DNA of 63,217 bases, counting the filler, from Octopus bimaculoides (taxonomy: Eukaryota): assembly GCF_001194135.2 (NCBI RefSeq). It is 8 parts of 6 records of this genome, joined end to end, with 100 filler letters (N's around TTAATTAATTAA, not from the genome) between each part and the next. Parts side by side here need not be neighbours in the genome. Positions count along the whole stretch, not along the records: positions 62,201 to 63,217 come from NC_068986.1; 7 more parts are not named here. One strand, written 5' to 3'. Shown in pieces: positions 63,197-63,217 of this stretch (positions are counted from its first letter, which is position 1; each line of letters starts with the position of its first letter). The translations under genes and the position numbers were made by a program. The notes below the pieces were generated by a model. That model had not been told where the DNA came from. It saw only the letters and a list, made by a program, of their open reading frames with translations, and did no database searches.

Positions 63197-63217
63197 TGTA
63201 TGTATACAGTATATACA

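Overview
Eukaryotic, AT-rich, gap-ridden, non-genic-looking DNA. Its SINE, microsatellite and LINE content strongly resembles octopus; the species is my inference and was not checked against a database. I could not support any intact host protein-coding gene, rRNA, true tRNA or CRISPR array. Nearly all long ORFs in the track are read-throughs of N gaps or of (TA)n, (TG)n, (TACA)n and trinucleotide repeats. The window is a transposon graveyard. It holds at least seven Penelope-like element (PLE) fragments with RT and/or GIY-YIG motifs, and about seven hammerhead-ribozyme (HHR) motifs, five with palindromic stem III. It also holds two RTE LINE fragments, several restriction-like-endonuclease LINE fragments (R4/Dong-like, HERO-like), one full-length degenerate mariner, two mariner derivatives, a Tigger-like end fused to a Tc1-like transposase relic, a TRIM-like LTR structure, and more than 20 copies from three tRNA-derived SINE families. 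Seven TTAATTAATTAA islands centred in 100-bp gaps are assembly markers. I found no clearly new biological system. The most interesting leads are the diverse palindromic-stem-III hammerheads, a LINE apparently inserted in (ACAT)n, a mariner built from two left ends, and an LTR mini-element with an inverted arm.
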